Below are positions 11,751 through 22,385 of a DNA stretch of 38,929 nucleotides, one piece after another. Every line of letters starts with the position of its first letter. Position 1 is the first letter of the stretch. Source of the stretch: Octopus bimaculoides (lineage: Eukaryota); contig NC_068982.1 of assembly GCF_001194135.2 (NCBI RefSeq), forward strand, positions 52,344,999-52,383,927, written 5' to 3'. The position numbers and the translations under genes were made by a program. Below the pieces are notes generated by a model. It saw only the letters and a program-made list of their open reading frames with translations, did not search any database and was not told the origin of the DNA.

Positions 11751-12470
11751 GCACACATAAATCATATTGCATAACCCACTTTAATGGTAGCTTATCTTAA
11801 GTAAAGCCATTTCGTCACGCTTAATATTTTGAAATATAATACATTTCCTTCTTTTACTTTTAATATGCTATCTACTAATGTTATGATTGCATTAAACTAA
11901 AGTCGTTTCAAGTGTTAATTTAGTTTGTGAATCATTAATGATGTATGAAATCAGAATTATGGAAAATAACCAAATGCGTTGTAAAACCTGTTCGGTGATT
12001 ATCAAACTGGTCCTGGAAAGAAAGAATCATGTTGATCAAACCTGTACTGCTGTTTTAGCTGTTTTGTAAGTAAAACAGAAGGTGAGCGCCGGCATATTGC
12101 ATCTATGCCTTTTCAAACTGATGAGATTGATGCGTTCGATGCTTACCTTTAATATTTACATGTTAATATATGTAGGATAAATGCGAGCAGGAGGGAACCG
12201 GTAAGAGAACGGGCCATTCTTATGGCTTGTTGAAAAAGAGAGTTCCACCCATAGCCTTTGCACCCATAATCTCTGAGGCTTATGGAGAAGGAGGGAACCT
12301 TTCGTTTTGGGTTGCTGTAAATCAGTTTTTCGATTGTTCTAAGTATCACAACTGAAGTCTGCAGTTCATCCGACCAGCAAATGGGTCAGTCTCTCGAGAC
12401 ACTACTTAAAGGTTGGTGCCTTTCGAATATGGTTGTAAGATTCTGTAGCAGAACAACGTCTATCTGTCAG

Positions 12471-12513
12471 ATGTCCGATGATGGCTCAGCTGACCGAAAC
12501 TTCGAAGTCACTG
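12471..12513 (+). ncRNA. Minimal type I hammerhead-ribozyme-like motif, copy B
   Basis: ATGT-CCGATGA-TGGCTCAGCTGACC-GAAAC-TTCGAA-GTC-ACTG; 37/43 identical to copy A with the last 26 nt identical; the stem I 5' strand appears partly deleted. Confidence 0.7.
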
Positions 12514-12659
12514 TCGATAATATTCTTGTTAAAGAATAATAAATTTGTACTCTACAAAAGGTATTGAGTAATCCTTCAATTTAATGTAAAGTTATTTTTA
12601 TTATAACGTAACCTACAAACAAACATTAATATATATATATATATATATANNNNNNNNNN

Positions 12660-12781
12660 AGAGAGAGACAGAGAGAGAGAGAGAGAGATAGAGAGAGAGA
12701 AAGAGAGAGAAAGAGAGAGTTAGAGTGAGAGAGAGGGAGAGTGAGAGAGTGAGTGAGAGAGAGAAAGAGAGACAGAGAGAG
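12660..12781. repeat. (AG)n microsatellite
   Basis: Seen directly. Confidence 0.95.
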
Positions 12782-12969
12782 CTTCACAGGCTACAACAGG
12801 AAAGATGAAAACAGTAATGATTTTGAAAAATGTCTGAAAAGATTAATGTATTAACACACACACTCACTACAGCAACAAGAAAATGATGTAAGACCCACAA
12901 ATCCTCCAAGAAAACTGCTTAAATGAGATAGATGACTGAATATGGGAAATATTTGGTGGTCCTGGATTT

Positions 12970-13145
12970 CTGTCGTCGACGAGGAAGATTGAATTATTCG
13001 ATCAACTGAATATCCTGCTTCTGAATTATGCCTAAATGACCGAACATTCCACAGACATGTACTCTTAAGGTAATTCTGCGGCAGAATCAGCGCGACACAG
13101 TATGCGATGAGGTTACAGCATTTGGATTACAGGTGCAACTCATTC
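12970..13145 (-). mobile_element. Degraded fragment of a third SINE family
   Basis: GTCGTCGACGAGG...CATTCCACAGACATGTAC...CAGCGCGACACAG...TTACAGGTGCAACTCATT resembles an octopus SINE 3' region as I recall it; no second copy in the window. Confidence 0.4.
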
Positions 13146-13147
13146 GA

Positions 13148-14570
13148 TGGGCTTACTATTTAGTTTCTGTGCACCCAGTTTTACTCACACGGTATAGGTT
13201 GACCTGTGGCTATAGAAAACTATATACAGGGTGATCAGACGAAATGCAGACATTGATACAAAAATGATATATAGAATTTAAATATGCTCAAATAAAGCCT
13301 AGAAAATGTAGGTTAAGATGATATATCTAATCTTCAATATATCCACCCTTGGCTGAGACTACTTACCGGAGTCGGGGAACAACTTGGGAGCAAGTGGTAG
13401 GAACACCTTCTTCAGAGATTTCGTCCCAGTATTTTCGCAAAAGGTGCTCAAGAGCTGTGAGATTCGTGTGAGAATTAGGACAGGCTTTGCTCTTAAGGAT
13501 AGACCATATGCCAAAGTCCATCGGATTCAGGTCGGATGAAGAGTGGGCCAGAACTCTTTTGACCGAACGTCTCTAAATTCTCTCGACATCATTCTTGGAC
13601 TTTTATAGCCGTATGAGATGTTTCGCCAACTTGTTGGAGAGTTATACCTTCGTCCCCCATTGTTGCAATAACCCAAGGGACTAATTTATCCTTTAACATG
13701 TCCAAATAAACGTGTTGGTTGCTTTTTACACCCTCTTCAATGAAGATGAGAGGGGTTTACATGCCATTTGAGGTCACACTCGTCCACACCATTATGGATG
13801 CAGGTTTCTGCCGCCGAAAGGATAATCTTTGCTTGACAGGAATGTCCTCTTTATTTACTGCATGTATACGGTCATTTGCACACCGAATAACTTTTTATCT
13901 GCGTACAGTATTGGTGGCTGCGTGCCCTCTCTCAGCTTTTGTAGAAGAAGCTTTTCTCTCTGCAGTCTTGTTTCCTTTGTGGCTTCAGACAAAAGATGTG
14001 CTTTTGATATCTTGTATGGGAATAATTGAAGATCATTTTTCAACAAATTATGCATAGTTCCGTAGCTTGTACCAGTTTCTGAAGCGAATTTTCTGATGTT
14101 TCTTTTTGGGTTACGCTTGATCTTTTCTTATGTGTTTTTGGTGAGTTTTTGAGTTCTCACTGGTCAAAGTGGAGTAGTTCCCAGTCTTGGTAGGCAAGTA
14201 CTGGTCGCTTTTATTCATTTGATTACTTTATAGACTCCTGCTCTGCTGACTAGGTTTAAAAATCTTGAAAATCCAGCCAGTTTTCCCTTTCTTGAATAGG
14301 CTTTCAATTGCTTTACTTATTCCACTCATACTAGCTTAAATACCAGCTTCAAGTATATTAAATTTCAAGTCCAAATGAGCTTCAATACTATCTTAAATGT
14401 TAAGAGTATTAAATTTATGAAATAAGAAAAGAAATGTTAATTAAAGTTTAGTAAAATAAATGTCTACACTTAGGTTGATCACCCTATATATCAAAAATAT
14501 AGCGCTGTAGGATCGAACCAAGGACTTCGTGGCTGCGAAGCGAATTTCTAAACCATTCGGTCATACTACA
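13148..14570 (-). mobile_element. SINE family B head split by the maT insertion (pieces 13148-13224 and 14489-14570)
   Basis: Joined pieces (GGGCTTACTATTTAGTTTC...GGCTATAG and GCGCTGTAGGATCGAACC...GTGGCTGCGAAGC) align with the reverse complement of 3506-3655. Confidence 0.6.
13227..14486 (-). mobile_element. maT (DD37D) Tc1/mariner-superfamily transposon, full length but pseudogenised
   Basis: TA-flanked 28-bp TIRs CAGGGTGATCAGACGAAATGCAGACATT (22/28 match). Frameshifted transposase RNPKRNIRKFA...LKNDLQLFPYKISKAHLLSE...YADKKLF...QQ(D>V)GETSHTA...DLNPMD; 37 residues between the last two acidic positions after repairing a frameshift. Confidence 0.85.
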
Positions 14571-14974
14571 CTTACCGAATATATATAATTTACTTTGAAA
14601 GATAAAAATCATTTTAAGACCTAAATACACTTCCATTCTCAGTCGTTTAAGTTAATTTCAATAGAAAATCGAATCGATACCATTATTTCGGAATTAGAAG
14701 AAAAATAATGTAGTGTGCTCAGTATGTGTTTCAAAACTTCGATGTTCTTTCGGGAATAAAAGTTAATTATAATATCTATTTAATTCTGTAAACTTATTAC
14801 GCGAAATAATTTAGCATTATCGAGAATATTACTTAACATTAAATAACTGTAACATTTAATTTCCTAGATACTATCACTATTTTGCGTTCGCTTGTTTGTT
14901 TCTTTTTTAACGGTCTATGATGTGACTTAGCAATGAAGACATTCAGTTATTTCTGTGCCATACTGACACTAATA

Positions 14975-16540
14975 TATTCTTCTAATTTTGACACAATGCG
15001 AGCAATTATGAGGAGAGGCGTAAGGATGATTAGTGACCCCAGTATTCAACTTCTTCTTCTTGTCAGTTGTCTCACTATGCGATGCTGTGGTCATCACGAT
15101 GCCTTGCCACCTTCTCTTGTCTCCTACCCCATGGACAGCTGAGAATAAAGACAATCCTGTGGCTGCGATGTCTTTCAGCCAAGAAGTGGGTGATCTACCT
15201 CTTTTACGTCTGCTGTTCACCTTGCCAGTTATGATTGTTCGCTCAAGTCCATCCCGGCGCATGACGTGGCCAAAGAACCGTAGCTTCCGCTTCATGATGT
15301 TTCGCCGAAGCGTCATCTCGCAACCGAGCTTTTCTAGTACCCAGTTGTTCGTCCTTCTCTCCGTCCACGACACTCTAAGGTTTCTGCGCTAACACCACAT
15401 TTCAAAAGCGTTCACTCTTTTCTCGTCTGCCTTCAACATTGTCCACGACTCGCAGCCCTACGTCGCAATAGAGAAAGCGGCAGCCCGAAGTAGCCTTATC
15501 TTCAGCAGCATTGACACGCCACGACTCTTCCAGATGTTCTCCATATCTTGTACCGCTTGCCTCGCTATCGCGAGCCTTCTCCGTATCTTTGGTGTGCTTG
15601 ATCCACTGGTGCTGATTGTATATCTCAAGTACACAAAATCATCCACTTCCTGAATCATCTCTCCGTCTACGGTGAAGTCACCATGGTCTGTCCTGTACTT
15701 ATCCACCACCAAGATCTTTGTCTTCTTTACATTCAGGAATAGGTCACTCTGTGCACTCATGTCTTTCACTTTGCGTATCATCTGCAGCAATTCGTGCTTG
15801 CTGTTTAACCCACCCCCGTCATCACCTGGTTGACTAGATGTACTTGGAGAAACATAAACATCTTGTGCGGTGGCATTTGACACATCTTCAGGCCCGCGGG
15901 TCTCACCTTCCAATGTGATATCTGTCAATCTAAGGCTTGAAATCATGATAACAATCTCGACTATATAGTGCGGTAGGTCGTGAGCATCTTTCCGCACCAG
16001 GGTTGAGATGCCTGAAATTTCATGACAGTTCTTCTGCCCTGAAAGACCGTTGACCGCCATGTTGCAGTTCGTTTGCCCTTTAACATAAGCCGGTGACCAC
16101 TTGACACAAGAGGAAATGGTTTTCCACATCCCCAACTGGAGTCCACCAGATGGGTACCCGTACATAATTTGGCCGGCGAGACGACGCAGTTGCCCGCGGT
16201 GTGGCCGCTGCTGTGCCCAGCAGCTACTAGGAGCCATATGTACGAGCTGAGGCTGATGTGGGGACCAAGGTAGTCAGACCACCCGCGGAGGGCGAGGTGT
16301 CTGTCTTCCTACAAAGGTGCTATCCCTCCATCAGTCCACCCCACACCTCAGTATTCAACTAGTATGCGTTTTATGTGTTTTATGTGTTCGGAGTCGATAA
16401 AACACAGTATTCAACTAGTATGTGTTTTATCGACTCCGAAAGGATGAAAGTTGACCTCGGCGAACTTGAACGTGAAGCTGGAAGAAATGCCACGAAGCAT
16501 TTTGTCTGGTGCGGTAACGATTCTGCCAGCCCATCGCCTT
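14975..16540 (-). mobile_element. SINE family A copy split by the RTE insertion (pieces 14975-15051 and 16405-16540)
   Basis: Pieces rejoin at CAGTATTCAACT (15040-15051, 16405-16416) to give tail-core-B box-head in order. Confidence 0.85.
15052..16348 (-). mobile_element. RTE-clade LINE lacking endonuclease and most of the RT, with a 12-bp target-site duplication
   Basis: ORFs 15458-16237 and 14969-15373 contain LNVKKTK, EVDDFVYL, IRRRLAIARQA, SIATYGCESW, KLRFFGHVMRR and GRSPTSW; (AAG)n 3' tail at 15051-15061; TSD CAGTATTCAACT; GC-rich non-RT 5' part at 15810-16348. Confidence 0.9.
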
Positions 16541-16674
16541 CATTCTGACACTCTTATAACAAGCATAACGCAGTAGGACTTATTAAATATAGCCATCGTT
16601 TGTGCTATTTTTTTTTTTACCTGAATTAATGATATCTTGCATCGGTTTATGACCATAATTTTTTTGTTAGATGT

Positions 16675-16830
16675 ATAAATCGATTGAATCGAGCACAATG
16701 TATCACTGGAAATTGTTTTTATCTGCTCCAGAGACTTGAAAGCAAAACATGACTTCGGTACGTTCTAACTCAGAAAGTAAAACTAAATAACATCAAATAT
16801 TTTAGCTGGTACTCTGCCGACTTTACCATC
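16675..16830 (-). mobile_element. SINE family A, heavily degraded
   Basis: AATCGATTGAATCGAG...GAAAGCAAAACATGACTTCGG...AACTCAGAAAGTAAA...CTGCCGAC follows family order. Confidence 0.55.
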
Positions 16831-16849
16831 TACTGTGATTGAAAAACAA

Positions 16850-16881
<32 letters not shown>

Positions 16882-17916
16882 AGCGGTGCTATTAATAACT
16901 AAGTTAATCATATGATTTCAATATTCCGACATCCCATTCTGTCATTTTTACACCACCTTCAGTTCCAGCAACACAATTGGTTATTAATAATTTAAAATGT
17001 TATATCTTCTAAATATAATTTTTTGTTTACTTAAGTGGAAATCATAAGGATTTTGGCGAATTCATCTAATAAAATATAACAATATCTTAATTTTGCTTGA
17101 ATGATTGGAATATATTTTTGGTTGAATCACGACAAACAGTTTTATTGCTTCAAAAGATTATTTTGATTAAATATATATTTTCACTTTCTATACATAAACG
17201 TTTACTGTATTGAACACAATATTTTTTTTCTTTATATGGTGTCTGATGACTTAGTTGTAAAATTTTTCCTGCACATAAAATTTTATATCTTTTATTACAT
17301 TCGTCAAACATTTAAAAAAAATTTTTACTGTTCATTGGCGGTCATTTTATACCGGGAATAATTTTAATGGCTCTCAGTTTACTCTTCTCTTTAAAGAGCT
17401 GCATCTGCCTTTGATTTTAACAGCGATCATGTTATTATTAACATGGAAAATTCACTCACCTCTCTAAGTGAAAAATAATTTCACTTCATTCCTCTCTAAC
17501 TGACAAGAAATTCATGAGATTTCTGTTGAGAAATGAGTATAAAGTTGGAACGGCATCGAAAAATGATCCTAGTCCTGAAATTCTAATAGCTGATTTAAAT
17601 GATAAAATTATTACCCACTTTCTCCTAAAACAATCTTTTCACTGATCGGCCTAATTTTAGCAGACTGTTGTAAAACATTGATTTTGGTAAAATAAACCTA
17701 ATTAGGCCTCTGAGTTTCTTAGGAAAATCACAGGTTGAGTACTCATCGACTTAACAAACATTATTTCTTAGACCATTTAGAGAGACGAATATTGTATTGA
17801 GCACTTTTCAAAGAAAGACTTCAAAGAAACTACTGACGTTTTGCTTGATAAAGATGAACATATCTGCTAGTCTACTTCATAGTCAGATCCGATATCCAAC
17901 AACTGACAAAGGCTCA

Positions 17917-18995
17917 ATTTCTTTATTGCCCACAAGGGGCCAACACAGAGGGGACAATACATCTGATTTTGGGGTCAGATAAATCGAATGGGGAAACAAA
18001 AAGGTGACTTTAAAAATTTAATACAATGAAATATAAAAACGAATGGTGGGACAGACCGGAAGACATTACGGATGGAGTAGGAGGGCGCGTTCTGTTCGGA
18101 CCCCACGACCCCTGCATTGCCACTGATACCTAAGGCAAACCTTGAGCCGCGTTCATGTGGTTACATCCACTCCCAACTTTTGAGTTACATTCTTCCATCG
18201 ACTCTCAAACTTTTTCGCCGTCAGACATTTCCTCTCTTACCCTATCTTCCATTTGAGGTGGTAGGTGAAATAATTCACCAGTGCAGGGCCAGATATGAAA
18301 ATTCCCGGCATTATCCGTTTTATCCTGGTTCTCCAAATAACCTCTCTCGCAATTGCTACTACACTGAGAAAACAAAACTTACCTTCTTTCGAGAGGAAAT
18401 CAGGAGGGTCAATTTTTAATATAGACTCAGTCGACAGCTGTACTTTTCCTGTACCTGACAACAGTTGTTCAGCACAAACCCACACATCCGACACCTTCGA
18501 ACATTGTACAATAGCGTGCAGGACGGTTTCCCTATCCCGCCCACATCTTGGACAGGTCGAAGGGCCGGGGCCACCGTGCCTTGTGAGCTTGTCTCGAACA
18601 GGTAAGGCTCCTTGGTAGCATTGCCATGCCAGAGACTTCTGAAAGTTATCTAGGGTCTTCGGCTCGAATGTACGTCGGAACAGACTGGCTAGCTGATTAT
18701 CATCAAGACCTAGGGTTTCCCCTAAGGTATCGTCACATTTCTCCCCTACAAGCCCTCTATAAAAGAATGCGGTGGAACCTTCACCGCAGGCCTTGCCCGA
18801 GCCACGGAAAAGCAGGAGTGCCTTGTGACACTCCGTATACCATGTACCCAACTTTGATCTTCGATGCAACCAGGTTTTCCATCCACCAAAACTAGTGAAC
18901 TTGGGAAACATCCGTTTCGCCACAACTGGCAAAGGCTGTTTAGTCCAAAATGGTGACGAATGCCTTCGTCCTTAAGTGTAATGGTCTCCTACCGT
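17917..18995 (-). mobile_element. L1/Tx1-clade LINE, 5'-truncated: ORF2 C-terminus plus 3' UTR
   Basis: ORF 18237-18932 has LAWQCYQGALPVRDKL and CPRCGRDRETVLHAIVQC (CCHC, zf-RVT-like); about 200-bp UTR ends in AATAAAGAAA on the minus strand. Confidence 0.85.
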
Positions 18996-19269
18996 AAGAT
19001 CGTATATATACAATTGTTTTGAATAATTAACATGACCTTCATTTTACCCTTCCTATTGTTTTCGATCCAACAGGACAATTCCAGTTTACTTTTGTTTTTG
19101 GAATGGGGTTTAAAATGATATATTGTTCAATGTAATGTATAGTGTGGAAGTTCCAATCCAGTTAAAGTTTAATTTTCTGTATTGTATTTAGGAAAAAGTG
19201 ATTTTGCTCCTATCATGTATATTAATCTTCAGTATAAAGCGCGAAAGCTCAAATTTAGATAAACATTAT

Positions 19270-20595
19270 ATACACTTATTTACTTCTTCATCATAGAAGA
19301 CATAAGTTTTGACATCCGCATATCTTATAGGTGCAACTCATGGCCAATATCTTGAGATAGTTTAAGTATAAATCATAGATGAACATGATAATTAGATGGA
19401 GCAATGTCCGGTGAATATGATGGGTAGGGCATAATTTCTCATTCAAACTGCTCCAGCCTTTAAGGCGGCGAGCTGGCAGAAACGTTAGCACGCCGAACGA
19501 AATGCTTAGAGGTATTTCGTCTGTCTTTACGTTCTGAATTCAAATTCCGCCGAGGTCGACTTTGTCTTTGATCCGTCGGGAGCGATAAATTAAGTACCAG
19601 TTGCGTATGGGGTCGATCTAATCGACTGGTCCCTTCCCCACAAAACTTTCGAGCCTTTTGCCTAGAGTAGAAAAGAAACCGCTCCAGCCTTTGGAATGTC
19701 ATCCTCGCTGTATGTGGCCGGATAGAAGAACACCTTTCGTCTTGAAACCAAAGATGGTCATTTTCCTTCTAGCGCTGACTTAAGCCGCTTAAGCTGCTCG
19801 CTTGTCATCGTTTGGTTTAGGTTGAAAATTTCAAAGTGGACTAAACCTTTCATATCCCACCAAACAGATGACAACTCCTTACGTGGTTGAAGACCTTTAG
19901 CCTGGAGTGCCAGTGTTTCTCCTTTCCCTACCCACTGTCTTCGACGCTTAACATTTTTATAGAGAACCCATTTCTCGTCACCAGTTACTGTTCAGTCAAA
20001 AGAAAAAAAAAAAAGGTTCATTCGTGAGACGTGACAGCAAAGAAGGGCACACATTTACTCTCTGCGCGCGACTAGACTTGGAAAGTTTGTGAGGAACCCA
20101 TTGACCCAATTTGCTGACTTTTCCGATGACATGCAGGTGTCGATGAATGGTCGAATGACCAAATCCAAGCTCCTCTGCTGGTTCCTCAATAGTTACGCTG
20201 AGATTTTGTTCCATCAGGGTTAGCAGGACGTCCTCGTCTAGCTCTACAGATCTTCCAGGACGTGGCTCATCCTCTAGGCTGTAGTTTCCAGCTCGGGATT
20301 TCTGGAACCACCGTTGATATTGGCTTACGCTTATTGCCCGATATCCATATAATGCATTAATATCTCTCGCACTTTCCGATGCGCTGTTGCCTTTATTGAA
20401 CTCATAAAGCAAAATATGCTGAATATACTCCTTTGTCACTTCCATTATAGCTTTGAAAAAATAACTGTTAAAATCGAACTGCACTCTTCAAAACTTGCAC
20501 TAAGTATAAGGGAAAATTACTACCTGCTTTTATCGTAAGTTGATTCAAGTAGTTTATCCCATCCATATCCGACTTTTAGTTCATACAATTGAAAA
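19270..20595 (-). mobile_element. mariner transposon, pseudogenised and interrupted by a SINE
   Basis: ORF 19996-20484 (HILLYEFNKG, EDEPRPGRS, WVPHKL), continued by TVTGDEKWVLY...WWDMKG...PHTAR and, past the SINE, PYPSYSPDIAPSNYH; frameshift at a poly-T run near 20000. Confidence 0.9.
19462..19675 (+). mobile_element. SINE family A, full length, 17-bp TSD
   Basis: A box TGGCAGAAAC and B box GAATTCAAATTCC. Core GAGGTCGACTTTG...TCGATAAATTAAGTACCAG resembles the Meta/MESC SINE domain (recalled). TSD AAAC(T/C)GCTCCAGCCTTT at 19445-19461 and 19676-19692. Confidence 0.92.
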
Positions 20596-21143
20596 AACCG
20601 CTGGATGGATTCGGATGAAACTTTCAGGGTTGTTTACCCCCGTGACTGATACGAACTGATTAGATTTTGGGATCAATTCGGTACCGGACAAAGATTCTGG
20701 ATTTTTTTTGTTATATTTACTTTAGATGAAATCTTTCAAATCTTTCTCTGATTATCTCCCTTGTATTATATTATACTATCTCCCATATATTATATATTAT
20801 TCATACATATTAACACTTTATAGTATACTTACATACATACATACATACATAATTCAATACATCGATCTAAAACAACAGGAATACCAAAGGAAGGCCGGAA
20901 TTTAAGAGAAGAGAAAAGCAAAAGGTCTCATGCTATTCATTTAAAAGGGACAAGGATTCTGGATTATTTTTCCCTTTTTTAAAAAATTTTAAAGAGCGTT
21001 CGGGTTCATTTTTCGCATTCTCGTTTGTGAGAGCAGTCAAGTTTATTTATGATATTCTCATTTTAAAAATCATCATCGACTAATCGTTGACACGACATTT
21101 GTGTTGCTTTGGTGGAGGTTTGCGCTCTCTGAATGCTCTAATT
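20592..21143 (+). mobile_element. Helentron-type non-autonomous element (HINE-like), 5'-truncated, carrying an insert
   Basis: 3' end TTGGTGGAGGTTTGCGCTCTCTGAATGCTCTAATT has a subterminal IR plus short hairpin as in HINE termini; internal GGATGAAACTTTCAGGG...GATTAGATTTTGG also matches my recollection of such elements. Confidence 0.55.
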
Positions 21144-21630
21144 GATGTTTTTTTTGTCAATTGTGATATCTAAATTTAAAGCAGGACCGCATGAGTCTTG
21201 GCTCATCACCAAGCGGGCCTCACTACTAAAATAATTGTAGGTAATTTTTCGTTAGGTGTACCATTCAGAGAGTCCCTAAGGCAGCAACTTGACCATGACT
21301 GATTTTAATCCTCACAAACCCCTTAACTACTGTGTAGAACACAATTTGGTATCATGATATCTCCGTGGGAAGCCAATGGCTCGAACCTTACCAGTTACAG
21401 CTGAGTTTATTAGAATCTGAAAAGCATTTGAACTTGAACTTTCATAACGAAATTATCGAATACTAACGAATAGAATGTTCTTTATTTTTGTTTCAGCAGT
21501 AGGTTTGAGTTTAGCATTCATGGAAACTTGAATATTCAACTATTAGTAATTGATTAGATTTGTAAACTTCAGTATTCGACTTTTAGCAATCGAATTGCTA
21601 CAGTGTCTTTTAATAGTGTCTCTATTATTT

Positions 21631-21798
21631 CTTTCAAATTTTGGCATAAGTCGATTACACCGACCCCAATACTAAACTGACACTTATTTGATCGACCTCG
21701 AAAGTATGAAAGACAAGATCGACCTCGACGGAATTTGAACGTAAAGACGGACGAAATGCGGCTAAGCATTTTGTTCGGCGTGTTGACGATTCTGCCTT
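21631..21798 (-). mobile_element. SINE family A copy
   Basis: Aligns with the reverse complement of 33152-33360, with small deletions. Confidence 0.85.
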
Positions 21799-21813
21799 AA
21801 TTGTGTTTGTAAT

Positions 21814-22004
21814 ATTCCTTTCTAGGAACAAGGCCTGAACTTTTCGGGGAGGGAGTAAGTCGATTACATTCGACTGGTACTTATTTTACCGACCCCGAAA
21901 GGGATGAAAAGTAAAGTAGACCTCGGTAGAATGTGAACGTAAAGACAGGCGAAATGATACTAAACATTTTTCTCGGCGTGCTAATGATTCTGCCAGTTCG
22001 CCGC
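21814..22004 (-). mobile_element. SINE family A copy
   Basis: Aligns with the reverse complement of 32525-32736, from tail to GCGGCGAACTGGCAG head. Confidence 0.85.
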
Positions 22005-22054
22005 ATTATATATGTTTCTAATATTAGCCATATTTATTATAGAGAATGAGAATA

Positions 22055-22385
22055 GTTAATTAAGTTGATCTCAGTACTTGATTGGAACTTATTTTATCGA
22101 CCATAGAATGATGTAAAGTCCGGTTGACTTGGTAGGATTCTAGCATAAGAATGAAAAGCGATGTCTCTAAAACCAAAAGAAATTCTGTATGTCACTCAGG
22201 CAATTCTGCCAATCTTAGTTATATTTTGCATATTAGTTTTTAAAATAGTTACAAAGTAAAAACCTTTTGGAAATGGTATCATTGAAATGAATTAGTTCCT
22301 CATTGGTATCTATTTTCTTGACCCTGGAAAGTTGGGTACGAAGTTGCTCTAAGTAGGATTTGAACTCAGAACGTAAAGCAGTTTG
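22055..22385 (-). mobile_element. Two degraded SINE family A fragments (about 22055-22215 and 22290-22385)
   Basis: CTTATTTTATCGACC...GGTTGACTTGGTAGGATT and TGGTATCTATTTTCTTGACCC...GGATTTGAACTCAGAACGTAAAG. Confidence 0.65.

Noticed and set aside
16200-16348. HDV-like ribozyme at the RTE 5' end
   Set aside because: A CCC-TCCGC-GGG hairpin is present, but I could not find P2, P1.1 or the J4/2 motif; a descriptor search would settle it.
19462-19560. tRNA genes at A/B-box sequences
   Set aside because: These are SINE heads; no cloverleaf, and they continue into SINE bodies.
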